Shown piece after piece: positions 10,038 through 19,418 of a stretch of DNA of 64,000 bases (position 1 is the stretch's first letter; every line of letters begins with the position of its first letter). The position numbers and the translations under genes were made by a program. The notes beneath the pieces are model-generated. The model was not told where the DNA came from and did not search any database. It saw nothing but the letters and a program-made list of their open reading frames with translations. Location of the stretch: contig PLCJ01000001.1 of the NCBI GenBank assembly GCA_003135635.1, positions 8,836 to 72,835 on the forward strand. Direction: 5' to 3'. The stretch is from Candidatus Adlerbacteria bacterium. GTDB lineage: Bacteria > Patescibacteriota > Minisyncoccia > Phycocordibacterales > SBAW01.

Positions 10038-11117
10038 TTAGGCGATTTCCTGCAAACGCCGCAGCGCAAGGCCTACCGCAACAGAAAACTCTGGTCCTGC
10101 TTCTTTAAGAACACCTTCCAGAAATGCTGGCGCCTGTGTTTTTCCAAAAGGATCGGCAAGTCGAATTTCGTTTTGTAACTTACTCTGTGCAAAATCTTTA
10201 AGCCCCTTGAGGGTGGCGCTTCCTCCGGTGACCACCATGGTGCTGAGCGATTGGTTCATGCGCTGCTCGTAGGCAGCAATGGTGCGTGATACCTCCGACA
10301 GCAAGGGTGTTACGGAAAGAGCGAGCGTCTGAGTAAGATCGGGGCCCCCCTCCGGCATAAGGCCAAATTTTCTCTTGCGCTCTTCCGCTTGAGAGACACT
10401 AATATTAAGTGCACGGGAAGCGGCAAGTGTTAAATCTTGGCCTCCGTGATTAATAATATGGCTTTCGCGAATGAGTCCTCGTTCAACCACATAAAACTTT
10501 GTTGTCGCCGCGCCCATGTCAACCACTGCAACCGGCGCAATACCGCGATCAAGGGATGCTCGCACCGCACTAAATACTTCTATTTCAAAAAATGCTAGGG
10601 TAAGTCCGGCATCGCTGACAATACTTTTGAATTTAGCGATGGTATCGTTGTGTATGGCGACTAAAAGTACTTCAAGCTTACTTCCTGGCGTTGCTTCTTT
10701 GCCTCCGCCGGAGAGTACAAACCAATCAAGTAGTACTTCATTTATGGGAACTGGAATATACTTGCGTGCTTCAAGGGGTACCACTTGTGCAAGCTGCTTT
10801 TCGACAGACGCGGGCAATTTCAATATCGAAATAAGGCTCAAGGCATAAGGAATGGAGATTGCTACATCAGTAGTGGTGACACGCGCTTCACGAATCACAT
10901 CTTTAAGCGCTTCAGCGATCTTTTCAGTAGGCAAAGAGGTTGCACGACCAATTTCAAGACCGGCGTATGGCCCAAGGGCGATAGCACCATATGTTTCAAG
11001 TATCACCCGTCCATGTTCACGCCTGAGTTGTACCACCTTGATTGAAGAAGTGCCGACATCGACCCCAATGACACTCTTTTGTTCTTTGGAGAATAATGAT
11101 GAAAAAGAAAAGGCCAT
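10038..11117 (-). CDS. pilM: Type IV pilus assembly protein PilM (actin-like ATPase)
   Basis: SVIGVDVGTSSIKVVQL..., FtsA/actin fold motifs; start trimmed to ATG 11117 (MAFSFSSLFSKEQK) removing 44-aa ORF extension. Confidence 0.88.
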   Translation of the reverse strand: MAFSFSSLFSKEQKSVIGVDVGTSSIKVVQLRREHGRVILETYGAIALGPYAGLEIGRATSLPTEKIAEALKDVIREARVTTTDVAISIPYALSLISILKLPASVEKQLAQVVPLEARKYIPVPINEVLLDWFVLSGGGKEATPGSKLEVLLVAIHNDTIAKFKSIVSDAGLTLAFFEIEVFSAVRASLDRGIAPVAVVDMGAATTKFYVVERGLIRESHIINHGGQDLTLAASRALNISVSQAEERKRKFGLMPEGGPDLTQTLALSVTPLLSEVSRTIAAYEQRMNQSLSTMVVTGGSATLKGLKDFAQSKLQNEIRLADPFGKTQAPAFLEGVLKEAGPEFSVAVGLALRRLQEIA

Positions 11118-11233
11118 CAGGGAGTAGTATACCACTGTGTAGAAAGAGATTTGTGGCTCTAGGGCCTTCTGGTGTATACGTTTTCCGTCAGACTGAGTAT
11201 CTGGTACATTTATGAAGCAAAGGAAAGAATTAC

Positions 11234-11785
11234 GTGGTTGTTTCGTCATTACCTATGGAGCATAAAGATAAAGAAGAGGAGTTTCGGGAGGTATTCGAAA
11301 AACACTCAGATGAGTTATTTCGGCACTGCCACCTGCGCCTCTCTGATCGAGAGCGAGCGGTCGAGCTCACGCAGGAGACCTTCCTGCGGGCGTGGGAGTA
11401 CGTCTCCAAAGGAAATGTGGTTAAAAATTATCGACCTTTTCTCTATCGCATTCTCAACAACCTTGTTGTAGACGAATACCGTAAGAAAAAATCTCAGTCA
11501 CTGGATGCCCTTCTTGAAGATGAAGAAACAGTGGTTTCAATCGAAGGAGAATTTCTGCGGGATGAATCCGATGCGCTTGAAGCCGCTATGATTCGGTTTG
11601 ATGCGGCTCATGCTATTGAGGCTCTAAAAAAACTTCCCCAGCAGTATCAGGTTGTTCTTATTATGCGCTACGTTGATGGCTTTTCTTCTACGGAAATTGC
11701 CGCATATATGAAAGAAAAAGAAAACGCGATCGCGGTGCGCATCCACCGGGGCCTTCGGAAACTACGCGATATGCTTGAACTATAA
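11234..11785 (+). CDS. ECF-type RNA polymerase sigma factor (sigma-70 regions 2 and 4)
   Basis: ETFLRAWEYVSKG region 2; VVLIMRYVDGFSSTEIAAYM...RIHRGLRKLRDML region 4; alternative start at 11255 (MEHKDKEE). Confidence 0.85.
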   Translation: MVVSSLPMEHKDKEEEFREVFEKHSDELFRHCHLRLSDRERAVELTQETFLRAWEYVSKGNVVKNYRPFLYRILNNLVVDEYRKKKSQSLDALLEDEETVVSIEGEFLRDESDALEAAMIRFDAAHAIEALKKLPQQYQVVLIMRYVDGFSSTEIAAYMKEKENAIAVRIHRGLRKLRDMLEL

Positions 11786-11790
11786 AAAAC

Positions 11791-13053
11791 ATGAATGATT
11801 TTGAAACACAACTAAAAAAAGAAACCTCAACACTTCGTCTTTCCTATGAAGAAAAAGAGCGTATGCGTGGAGTACTTGAGGAGCAAATCGTGCATCATCC
11901 TCTGCGGCCCGTTGCTTCTCCATACCAAGCACGATGGCCTTTTCCCTCGCGCGCAGTAGCGGTTTCTTGGGGTATTACGCTGGGAGTGGCTCTCATGAGT
12001 GGCACCGCCTATGCCGCGCAAGGTACCCTACCTGGTGATTTGCTCTACCCGATAAAGATCCACGTTACCGAACCAGTCGCCGGAGCCTTAGCGATTTCTA
12101 CACAAGCAAAAGCTCAGTGGAACGCGGGTGTGGCTCAGGAGCGGGTGCAAGAAGCAGAAAAACTTGCATATAAAGGTGATCTGACCGCAAGTGCTACCCA
12201 AGAGATACAAACTAATTTTGATATGCATGCTACTCAAGCAATCGCTCTAACGCAGAAGCTGAAAAAAGATAATCCCTCGCAAGGGTTGCAGCTCTCTGCA
12301 CAGCTAAGCGCATCGCTTGAAGCGCACAGCCTCGTACTTGAAAGCGTGGCTCAAAACCAACAAAATCCTGCTACGAGAGAGAATGCAAAAAATATAGCGG
12401 AGCAGGTGCAGATACAAGATGCCGTGCTACAAGAAACGGGGAATAAGACGGCATCGTCTAGTCTTCCCCTTCTGCAGACACAGGAAATAGCCACTTCCTC
12501 GCGTGCGTCAAAGGATACTACTGCAGTAACTATAAGAGAAAAAGCAGTGGAGCAACTTTCTTTGGTGGAAGCTAATTTTAATCTTCTACGCTCCTCTCTT
12601 AGCGCAACAACGACAGATGCGTTTGATGCGCGCGTTGCCAAAGCAAACCTATTGATAGAGGAGGGTGATACGGCTTCTACTACCTCTCCACAAACTTCTC
12701 GAGCCCAATATGAAGCAGCACTTGAAGTAGGAATCGTGCTTCAAACATTTCTTGACGCTAATAAAGAATTCAAGGGGGATATCCTTGTTCCGTTGCTGCA
12801 AAACGATACGCTACAAAATCTGATGATTCAGGGGGAAAAGAGCTCCCAAGGAGTTGGCCGTTATAATGAAAATATCTATCTGCAGCAGAAAACGTCTGAC
12901 ACTGCAACAACTTCAGCTCCTTTCATAAAGCTAAATACCTCAGTCAATATTTCATCTTCTACCGGAGGGAGAAGCGCGGATGCATCGGGTACTTTTCATG
13001 CTGATGGGCAGAACACTCTGCAAAATATTATTCAAGCGCTTCCCAGTAAGTAA
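11791..13053 (+). CDS. DUF5667 domain protein (putative anti-sigma / sigma-associated factor)
   Basis: N-terminal cytoplasmic segment, TM (AVSWGITLGVALMSGTAYA), LPGDLLYPIKI motif typical of DUF5667; immediately downstream of ECF sigma. Confidence 0.7.
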   Translation: MNDFETQLKKETSTLRLSYEEKERMRGVLEEQIVHHPLRPVASPYQARWPFPSRAVAVSWGITLGVALMSGTAYAAQGTLPGDLLYPIKIHVTEPVAGALAISTQAKAQWNAGVAQERVQEAEKLAYKGDLTASATQEIQTNFDMHATQAIALTQKLKKDNPSQGLQLSAQLSASLEAHSLVLESVAQNQQNPATRENAKNIAEQVQIQDAVLQETGNKTASSSLPLLQTQEIATSSRASKDTTAVTIREKAVEQLSLVEANFNLLRSSLSATTTDAFDARVAKANLLIEEGDTASTTSPQTSRAQYEAALEVGIVLQTFLDANKEFKGDILVPLLQNDTLQNLMIQGEKSSQGVGRYNENIYLQQKTSDTATTSAPFIKLNTSVNISSSTGGRSADASGTFHADGQNTLQNIIQALPSK

Positions 13054-13155
13054 GGTAACGCTCTTTAGATCAAACTTCTTGACTCTCCCACCAACTCTTA
13101 ATACCCTAGTGCCTAGATGACTCAAAGGTAATTATAGCTAGCTCAGGAGGTTCCC

Positions 13156-13497
13156 GTGCTCAAGATTCAACATGGCGTATCTACCTTTTATACTCCCTAC
13201 CGCGTGGTGCAGCACGATCATGTCGATGTTGGTTTGCAGTTCATCGAGGTTCTGGAGATTCCTCCCGGGGAGATTATTCTTCACGAATACAACCCCCGCA
13301 CCGGCTCAAGCTTCTCCGAGTGGGATACGCTGGATCATGCAAAGCAAGCATTCTGCGCTCGTCCGAGTGGCGGACAAAAGGACGGCTACAGATTCTTTCC
13401 AAAACTCTCTGGCTTCATACGTCTTGTAGAGTGCGGTGAGTCCCTTCCGTGGTTCTATACCCGACGGAAAGACAGGGTGGTGGAAAGCGTGTTATAA
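13156..13497 (+). CDS. Hypothetical protein, 113 aa
   Basis: GTG start at 13156 preceded by AGGAGG (13145-13150, spacing 5); own rho-independent terminator downstream; no recognizable motif. Confidence 0.55.
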   Translation: MLKIQHGVSTFYTPYRVVQHDHVDVGLQFIEVLEIPPGEIILHEYNPRTGSSFSEWDTLDHAKQAFCARPSGGQKDGYRFFPKLSGFIRLVECGESLPWFYTRRKDRVVESVL

Positions 13498-13529
13498 GCG
13501 GTATGGAGATGTAATGTGTCTCTAACCCA

Positions 13530-13571
13530 AGGTCGCCAAGTCCAAAAGGAATGGCGACCTTTAATTTTTAT
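13530..13571 (+). terminator. Rho-independent terminator
   Basis: AGGTCGCCA-agtccaaaaggaa-TGGCGACCT 9-bp stem followed by TTAATTTTTATG. Confidence 0.7.
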
Positions 13572-13648
13572 GTGTTTCAGTTCCCTAAGTAACAGTAGTT
13601 CTCCTACTAGCGGAGGGGTTTGGATGGATTGGTTTATAATGAATCCTC

Positions 13649-14365
13649 ATGGAGCAAAATCAAAACGTTGCCGCTTCCAGTTTACAGCCAGGAACAAAGA
13701 TCATGGTTGATGGTGCTGTTTACGAACGTTTTCCCATAAAAGTGATGCGGCTCATTGAGTTCGGTGAGAACTTAGAGGACAATTTCAATGAATTCGTAAA
13801 ACCTTATTATAAAAAAGGAGACTGGGTTATGCTTTCGGAGAAAATTATCTCGATCTCTCAAAACAGAGTGCGACATATTTCCACGGTACGGGTGACCTGG
13901 CTTGCGCGGCTCATCACGAAAGGAGTGAAAAAACATAAAAATATGACTGCATGGTCAAAGCCGGAAAAAGTTCAGGTGGCAATAGAGGAAGCGGGCATTT
14001 ACCGCATTATTCCCGCCATGATCTTAGGCGGCATTGGAAAGCTCTTCGGCCTCCATGGCATATTTTGGATTATTGCAGGCGGCCGTGTTTCAGAGATCGA
14101 CGGTTTTATTCCGGAGGATATGTATCCCTATACTGAATGGGCGGTACTTCCTCCCCCCGATCCACAAAGAGTGTGCGAGGATTTAGAAAAAAAACTCGGC
14201 ATTCCTATTGCAACTGCAGACGCAAATTATATCGATGTAAAAGTACTGGGAGTAAGCAAGAGCGTCGGGCTTGATAAAAAAACCGTGCGACGAGTCATTC
14301 TCGACAATCCTCTGGGCCAAGGAAATAAAATGACACCATTCGTGCTGGTTCGAAAAATAAGCTAA
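13649..14365 (+). CDS. CofE-like protein (F420-0:gamma-glutamyl ligase family fold), function unknown here
   Basis: GDWVMLSEKIISISQNRV matches the GD..V.SK.VSKAEGR core of PF01996; alternative start ATG 13703 (MVDGAVYE) has weak SD. Confidence 0.5.
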   Translation: MEQNQNVAASSLQPGTKIMVDGAVYERFPIKVMRLIEFGENLEDNFNEFVKPYYKKGDWVMLSEKIISISQNRVRHISTVRVTWLARLITKGVKKHKNMTAWSKPEKVQVAIEEAGIYRIIPAMILGGIGKLFGLHGIFWIIAGGRVSEIDGFIPEDMYPYTEWAVLPPPDPQRVCEDLEKKLGIPIATADANYIDVKVLGVSKSVGLDKKTVRRVILDNPLGQGNKMTPFVLVRKIS

Positions 14366-14378
14366 GCGTTATTTTACA

Positions 14379-15161
14379 ATGAATCTGCGAAGTAAGATTA
14401 AAAGACATCTGCCTTGGATATTCCTGTATATATATCGGAAGATTTACTACTTGCCCCAAGACTTTCCGGCCGCAGTCGGTTTTTTGCTCCATAGAACAAA
14501 GTCACCAACTACCCTCACGAGCCGTCTCTCCCTTATATACAAGTTCTACGCGATCTCTTACAAGGTTGACTGTCCCCATACCGAGCATGAACTTTTGACT
14601 ATCGCGAGACGGATTTTGAATCTCGGCACCGGAGTTTCCGGAGTGATTGTGGAGGCTGGAGCGTATCACGGAGGAAGCACCGCTAAACTTAGTTTGGTCG
14701 CTCGACTGTGTAGGCGGCAGCTGGCAGTTTTTGATTCCTTTGAGGGGATGCCGGGGAACACCGAGATGCATGGGAAAAGCATTTTTGGGAGAGAGCATCA
14801 TTTTCCAAAAGGAAGTCATGCAGTTACTCTTCAGGAAGTGAAGCACAACATCACCCGGTATGGCGATATCAATCGATGCCACTTCTATAAAGGCTGGTTT
14901 AGTGAGACTATGCCACATTTTAGAGATATGGTTGCCGCGGCATGCATTAATGTGGATCTCGTGCAGTCCACGAAAGACTGTTTACGCTACCTATATCCTT
15001 TAACACAAAAAGGCGGCGTCATTTTTTCCCAAGATAGCCACTTCCCGTGGATCATTGACCTCTTAAGTGATGATGCTTTTTGGGAACATGATCTGGGAAT
15101 TAAAAAACCAACGCTCGAAGGACTGGGCTCCTCTAAGCTCGTCGCCATTCCTATAGACTAA
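14379..15161 (+). CDS. TylF/MycF-family SAM-dependent O-methyltransferase
   Basis: GVIVEAGAYHGGS...FDSFEGMPG motif set and C-terminal VIFSQDSHFPW region typical of macrocin O-methyltransferase family. Confidence 0.7.
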   Translation: MNLRSKIKRHLPWIFLYIYRKIYYLPQDFPAAVGFLLHRTKSPTTLTSRLSLIYKFYAISYKVDCPHTEHELLTIARRILNLGTGVSGVIVEAGAYHGGSTAKLSLVARLCRRQLAVFDSFEGMPGNTEMHGKSIFGREHHFPKGSHAVTLQEVKHNITRYGDINRCHFYKGWFSETMPHFRDMVAAACINVDLVQSTKDCLRYLYPLTQKGGVIFSQDSHFPWIIDLLSDDAFWEHDLGIKKPTLEGLGSSKLVAIPID

Positions 15162-15162
15162 G

Positions 15163-16497
15163 TCACTGCGGAAGTGGCGGGAGATATGATAAGGGATTGA
15201 GGTAGGCCTGAAGTGTCGCAACGGGCATCGTATAAATTTTGCCCAAGCAGTAGGGATTTTTAGTAGGCCATGAGGAAATCTCGGATCCTTGAGTGGCATA
15301 GACACCAAAGTGGAGGTGTGGGCCTATGGCGTACCCGGTAGTGTCGGAATATGCAATGACCTGGCCAGTTGTCACTTGTTGTCCCTGAGAGACAAGTATT
15401 GAGGAGAGATGCGCATACATTGTTGAAAGTCCATCATCGTGCTGAATGAATACCCATTTCCCAAAAGATGCTCCAGGGCATGTAAGATCTGTGTTACCTG
15501 TTCCCATCACGACTCCGCTTCGCGCTGCCATAATGGGTGTACCAGGACTCGCGCTCAAGTCGATACCATCGTGACCGTGACCGTTATAGATTTGTGGATT
15601 GGCTGTAGCAAAGGGAGTGTTGCCAAAATACTGAGTGATGATTGTGTGAGCAACTGGCCACTGGAGCACCCCGCTGCCGGCAGGAGGTAGTCCCCCTGGC
15701 TGTATTTTTAGATTCAACTGCGATTCATAATTTAGGAGACTTTGTTCGAACTGCGCCTCTTGGACTTTCTTTTGGGCGATAAGAGCCTGGTACGCGGATT
15801 CTTTGTTTTTGGTCTCTTGGAGTAATTGATTTTGAGATGCACGGGTGATAACAACGCCTTGTTTTTGCTCACTTAGATTCTGCTGCAAGACGGCAAGCTC
15901 CTGGCGCTTACTTTGAGCACTAAACTTATTCGCCTCAAGAGTGGTCTTAAGAGAGGAGAGCTCCTGTATCTTATTTTCCAAATCGATTCGGAGAGATGAG
16001 AGGGCTTCCGCTTCATTAAAAACAGACGAGAGCGTTCCCCCAGAGAGAAGCGTGATGATAAGAGGCTGAGCATCTAATATGTTAAGCTGGCGCAAAGAAC
16101 TTGCTACTTGGGCTTGAGTCTGGAGAACCCCTTGTGACGTCGTGGCAATACTGCCAGAGAGACCTTTGATCTGCAGATTTTTTTGATCAATCTGGAGATT
16201 CGTGAGCGCAATGCTTTTAGTGAGCTTCTGGATATTAAGATTAAGCGATGCTATCGCACTCTGCAGGGTCTGTTTCTGGCTGCTGGTGGTATTAAGTTGC
16301 GCCTGAAGCTGAGCCACTTCGGACTGGAGTGCTTGAAGTTGTGCATTTTGTTGGTCTATCTGTGTTTGAAGCGAAGAAGAGGCGGCCGTCTGAGCTTCCG
16401 ACCGAGGTACGAGAAAAAGAGATACTGTAGTAATGAGAAAAAGTAAGATGCCAAAGAGTATAAGAGGACGAGTTAAGAGAAATACGGCAGAGCGCAT
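15163..16497 (-). CDS. M23 family metallopeptidase with long N-terminal coiled coil (EnvC-like murein hydrolase/activator)
   Basis: Signal/TM, ~250 aa Q-rich coiled coil, C-terminal HGHDGIDL...HLHFGVY M23 motifs. Confidence 0.85.
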   Translation of the reverse strand: MRSAVFLLTRPLILFGILLFLITTVSLFLVPRSEAQTAASSSLQTQIDQQNAQLQALQSEVAQLQAQLNTTSSQKQTLQSAIASLNLNIQKLTKSIALTNLQIDQKNLQIKGLSGSIATTSQGVLQTQAQVASSLRQLNILDAQPLIITLLSGGTLSSVFNEAEALSSLRIDLENKIQELSSLKTTLEANKFSAQSKRQELAVLQQNLSEQKQGVVITRASQNQLLQETKNKESAYQALIAQKKVQEAQFEQSLLNYESQLNLKIQPGGLPPAGSGVLQWPVAHTIITQYFGNTPFATANPQIYNGHGHDGIDLSASPGTPIMAARSGVVMGTGNTDLTCPGASFGKWVFIQHDDGLSTMYAHLSSILVSQGQQVTTGQVIAYSDTTGYAIGPHLHFGVYATQGSEISSWPTKNPYCLGKIYTMPVATLQAYLNPLSYLPPLPQ

Positions 16498-16619
16498 CTA
16501 TCCACTGTAAAGCCCTGTAGGAAACACCGCAACGTATGCCCATAAACTTAAGCAGACTTGCTGTAAAAAGAATTGCAAACTACTCCCCTCTCTTGCTACC
16601 ATAAAGTTCCACTGATTTC

Positions 16620-17750
16620 ATGAAATATCACACAAACTACATTCTTGTATCACTAGTTGTTATAGTCTCTTACTTTTCTATCCATAGCACAGCTCTCGCT
16701 CAAAGCGGTACTTCAGAACAAGACTACATTGAGAGAGCAAAAGTGCTTGAAGTGCTCTCCCAAGCGCAAAAAATTATTCCCGGCACCAATACCCAAGCGA
16801 ATTATCAAACGCTCAAAGCTCAGGTACTGGACGGGCCGGACAGCGGAAAAACAGTCACGGTTCAAAACGATTATCTCAATCTCACGCAAGGAGAGGAATT
16901 TTATCTGACCCACGTCATAGATCCACTGGATGGTATCGATGCATACAATGTGTCGCAACCGTACCGTTTACCTACAGTGCTTTTTTTCGTTGGTTTGTTT
17001 GTGCTTGCAGTCATTGTGTTTGGAGGAAAGCAGGGTGTGCGTGGACTCCTCTCTCTTATGGTAAGCATCGCTGCTATTTTCTATGTCCTACTGCCCGGTA
17101 TTTTGAATGGCTATTCACCGATACTTCTGAGTGTGGTGATTTCATCATTCATCGTTACCATGGGCTCCTATATAACGCATGGCTTCAATAGAACAACGAC
17201 CGCTGCTGTGCTGGGTATGATTATTACCATATGTTTTACTGGAGCATTAGCCTACTGGGCGGTACACGCAACGCAACTCTCCGGATATACCACGGAGGAA
17301 TCCACGTACCTTAATTTTGATACCGCAGGAAAAATAGATTTTGTCGGTCTGCTGCTTGGGGGTATCATGATAGGGTTACTTGGAATTTTGTATGACGCTG
17401 CGATAGGGCAAGCGGTGGCTGTCGAGGAATTACGTGCTGCAGCAGAGCACTTCTCGCGAGGGCAGGTATATAAACGTGCACTGCGCATTGGAAAAGAGCA
17501 TATCGGGGCTCTTGTGAATACTCTGGCAATAGCCTATGTGGGAGCGTCTCTCCCGCTGCTTCTGCTTCTGCATTTTTCCAATAGTTCCCTCAGCATAACG
17601 CTCAATCAAGAAATTTTCTCAACTGAAATTGTTCGCACGGTGGTGGGCAGCATCGGACTAGTCCTCGCGGTGCCTATTACTACTCTTATTGCCGTATATA
17701 TATTGTTTAAATGGCCAGTAGAAAGACTGGCTAAAAGTTCCAGTCATTAG
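16620..17750 (+). CDS. YibE/F family membrane protein
   Basis: Signal peptide, extracellular domain then multiple TM helices with YibE/F-like Gly-rich helices. Confidence 0.7.
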   Translation: MKYHTNYILVSLVVIVSYFSIHSTALAQSGTSEQDYIERAKVLEVLSQAQKIIPGTNTQANYQTLKAQVLDGPDSGKTVTVQNDYLNLTQGEEFYLTHVIDPLDGIDAYNVSQPYRLPTVLFFVGLFVLAVIVFGGKQGVRGLLSLMVSIAAIFYVLLPGILNGYSPILLSVVISSFIVTMGSYITHGFNRTTTAAVLGMIITICFTGALAYWAVHATQLSGYTTEESTYLNFDTAGKIDFVGLLLGGIMIGLLGILYDAAIGQAVAVEELRAAAEHFSRGQVYKRALRIGKEHIGALVNTLAIAYVGASLPLLLLLHFSNSSLSITLNQEIFSTEIVRTVVGSIGLVLAVPITTLIAVYILFKWPVERLAKSSSH

Positions 17751-17773
17751 TGGCATTTCTATAACCTATAGAG

Positions 17774-18370
17774 TTATTTGTTTTGTCGTGCAGCTTTGAG
17801 TGCCTTTGCAAACCACAGCAGCTGGCTCAGCATGCTACCAGCACGCTCGACGACCGGTTTAAAGAGCTCTGGATTAGTGGGCACTTGCTCTTTCATCACC
17901 GCCATATAGACTTCCATGGGTATATGTACCGCGTAGCGTATAGGAGTCATCTGAAGCTCTATAACAACCTGCCTTAGTTGTTCAACGGCACGGGCTCCTC
18001 CTACACCACCATACCCAACAAACGCGACCGGCTTGTTATTCCATTCTACAAAAATTGAATCAAGCGCATTTTTGAGCACACCGGAATATCCGTGGTTGTA
18101 CTCTGGTGTGACAATGATATACGCATCAGCTTCACTTATCTTCTTTCCAAACTTTTTTACCATATTATCTGCGTAGTTACCCTTAGCCGCAGATGGAGGC
18201 GTCTCTTCCTCAAGAAAAGGAAGCGGATAGTCTTTTAGGTCAATGAGTTCAGCTTCAACCCTTTCCAATTTCTTCGCTTCCCCCAAAATCCAATGAGCGG
18301 GTTTGTCGCCGAACCTACCGTGACGAATGCTTGCGAGAATAACCTGAATCTTTATATGCGCGCTGTCCAT
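17774..18370 (-). CDS. NAD(P)H-dependent FMN reductase (flavodoxin-like fold)
   Basis: IVTPEYNHGYSGVLKNALD motif. Confidence 0.8.
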   Translation of the reverse strand: MDSAHIKIQVILASIRHGRFGDKPAHWILGEAKKLERVEAELIDLKDYPLPFLEEETPPSAAKGNYADNMVKKFGKKISEADAYIIVTPEYNHGYSGVLKNALDSIFVEWNNKPVAFVGYGGVGGARAVEQLRQVVIELQMTPIRYAVHIPMEVYMAVMKEQVPTNPELFKPVVERAGSMLSQLLWFAKALKAARQNK

Positions 18371-18432
18371 ATAAAGATATTAGCATATACTTATAGCCAA
18401 GTAATGATCTCATAAAAGTGTAAAATATACCT

Positions 18433-18882
18433 GTGCACATTAAAGAACTTGGTCATGTGGTGTTGTACGTCTCCGCCCTTAAAAGATCGGCGAATTTTTA
18501 TCGCGACCTGCTTGGTTTTCAAGAAGTTTATCGAGGAGATGGCGTTGCGGTTTTTTCATCTGGACGGACCCATCATGAACTGCTCTTAATTGAAGTTGGC
18601 GGAGAACCAATCCGCAGGGGGCACCCCACCCCGGGTCTGTATCACATTGGGTTTAAGATTGGAGATTCTCCCAAAGAGGCGAAACAGGTATATCAAGAAT
18701 TAAAAGAAAAAGGCGTAGTCATCGTAGGCACCGGAGATCATGGAATTACTCATAGTATCTATATTCTTGATCCCGATGGAAATGAACTCGAGCTGTATGC
18801 GGATGTTTCCGATGAGTGGAAACAAAATCCAAAAGCCATCATGAAACCCGTTAAGTTGCTCAATTTAGAAGAGAAGATATAG
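18433..18882 (+). CDS. VOC/glyoxalase-bleomycin resistance-dioxygenase family protein
   Basis: GTG start; LGHVVLYVSALKRSANFYRDLLGF ... HHELLL...HIGF... paired beta-alpha-beta-beta-beta modules. Confidence 0.75.
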   Translation: MHIKELGHVVLYVSALKRSANFYRDLLGFQEVYRGDGVAVFSSGRTHHELLLIEVGGEPIRRGHPTPGLYHIGFKIGDSPKEAKQVYQELKEKGVVIVGTGDHGITHSIYILDPDGNELELYADVSDEWKQNPKAIMKPVKLLNLEEKI

Positions 18883-18914
18883 CAGCTCCCCTTTCTTCCT
18901 TATATAATGAAACT

Positions 18915-19280
18915 ATGGAAGCTACTTCTGTGTCTGCGGCACCTTTGCTCTGCCCACAATGCCATCAGGTAGTTTCTCCGACCGCATATTATTGCTCAAA
19001 TTGCGGAAAGAAATTACATGAGCCACCATTCTCAACGAGCGCAGGGGCGCAGCTCTGGATATACGCGTTTAGCATTATCCTTCCCATTATTTGTTTTTTA
19101 GCGATAAGTTACTGGCCCGGGATAAAATATGTACGATCAGATGATCCGAAGGTAAAACAGATCGGGTATATTGCAATCGCTCTGGTGGTGATTTCAACGA
19201 TCATAACATTTTGGTACGCAACAGTATGGATTAATCAGCAGATTCAGTCATCGGTAAGCAGCATTGGGAGTCTAGGATAA
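18915..19280 (+). CDS. Zinc-ribbon domain membrane protein
   Basis: CPQCH...CSNCGK ribbon followed by two TM helices. Confidence 0.55.
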   Translation: MEATSVSAAPLLCPQCHQVVSPTAYYCSNCGKKLHEPPFSTSAGAQLWIYAFSIILPIICFLAISYWPGIKYVRSDDPKVKQIGYIAIALVVISTIITFWYATVWINQQIQSSVSSIGSLG

Positions 19281-19418
19281 ATCTGAAAAATTTTTATTGT
19301 AAGAGCTACTTTTTGGACACGAAAATGCCTATGGGGTGTCAGTACATTACAAGATTCATTTTTAAGTGTACTATCCGGGAAGAAGATCTTCATATAGAGG
19401 ATCTATCCCACCAAGGAG

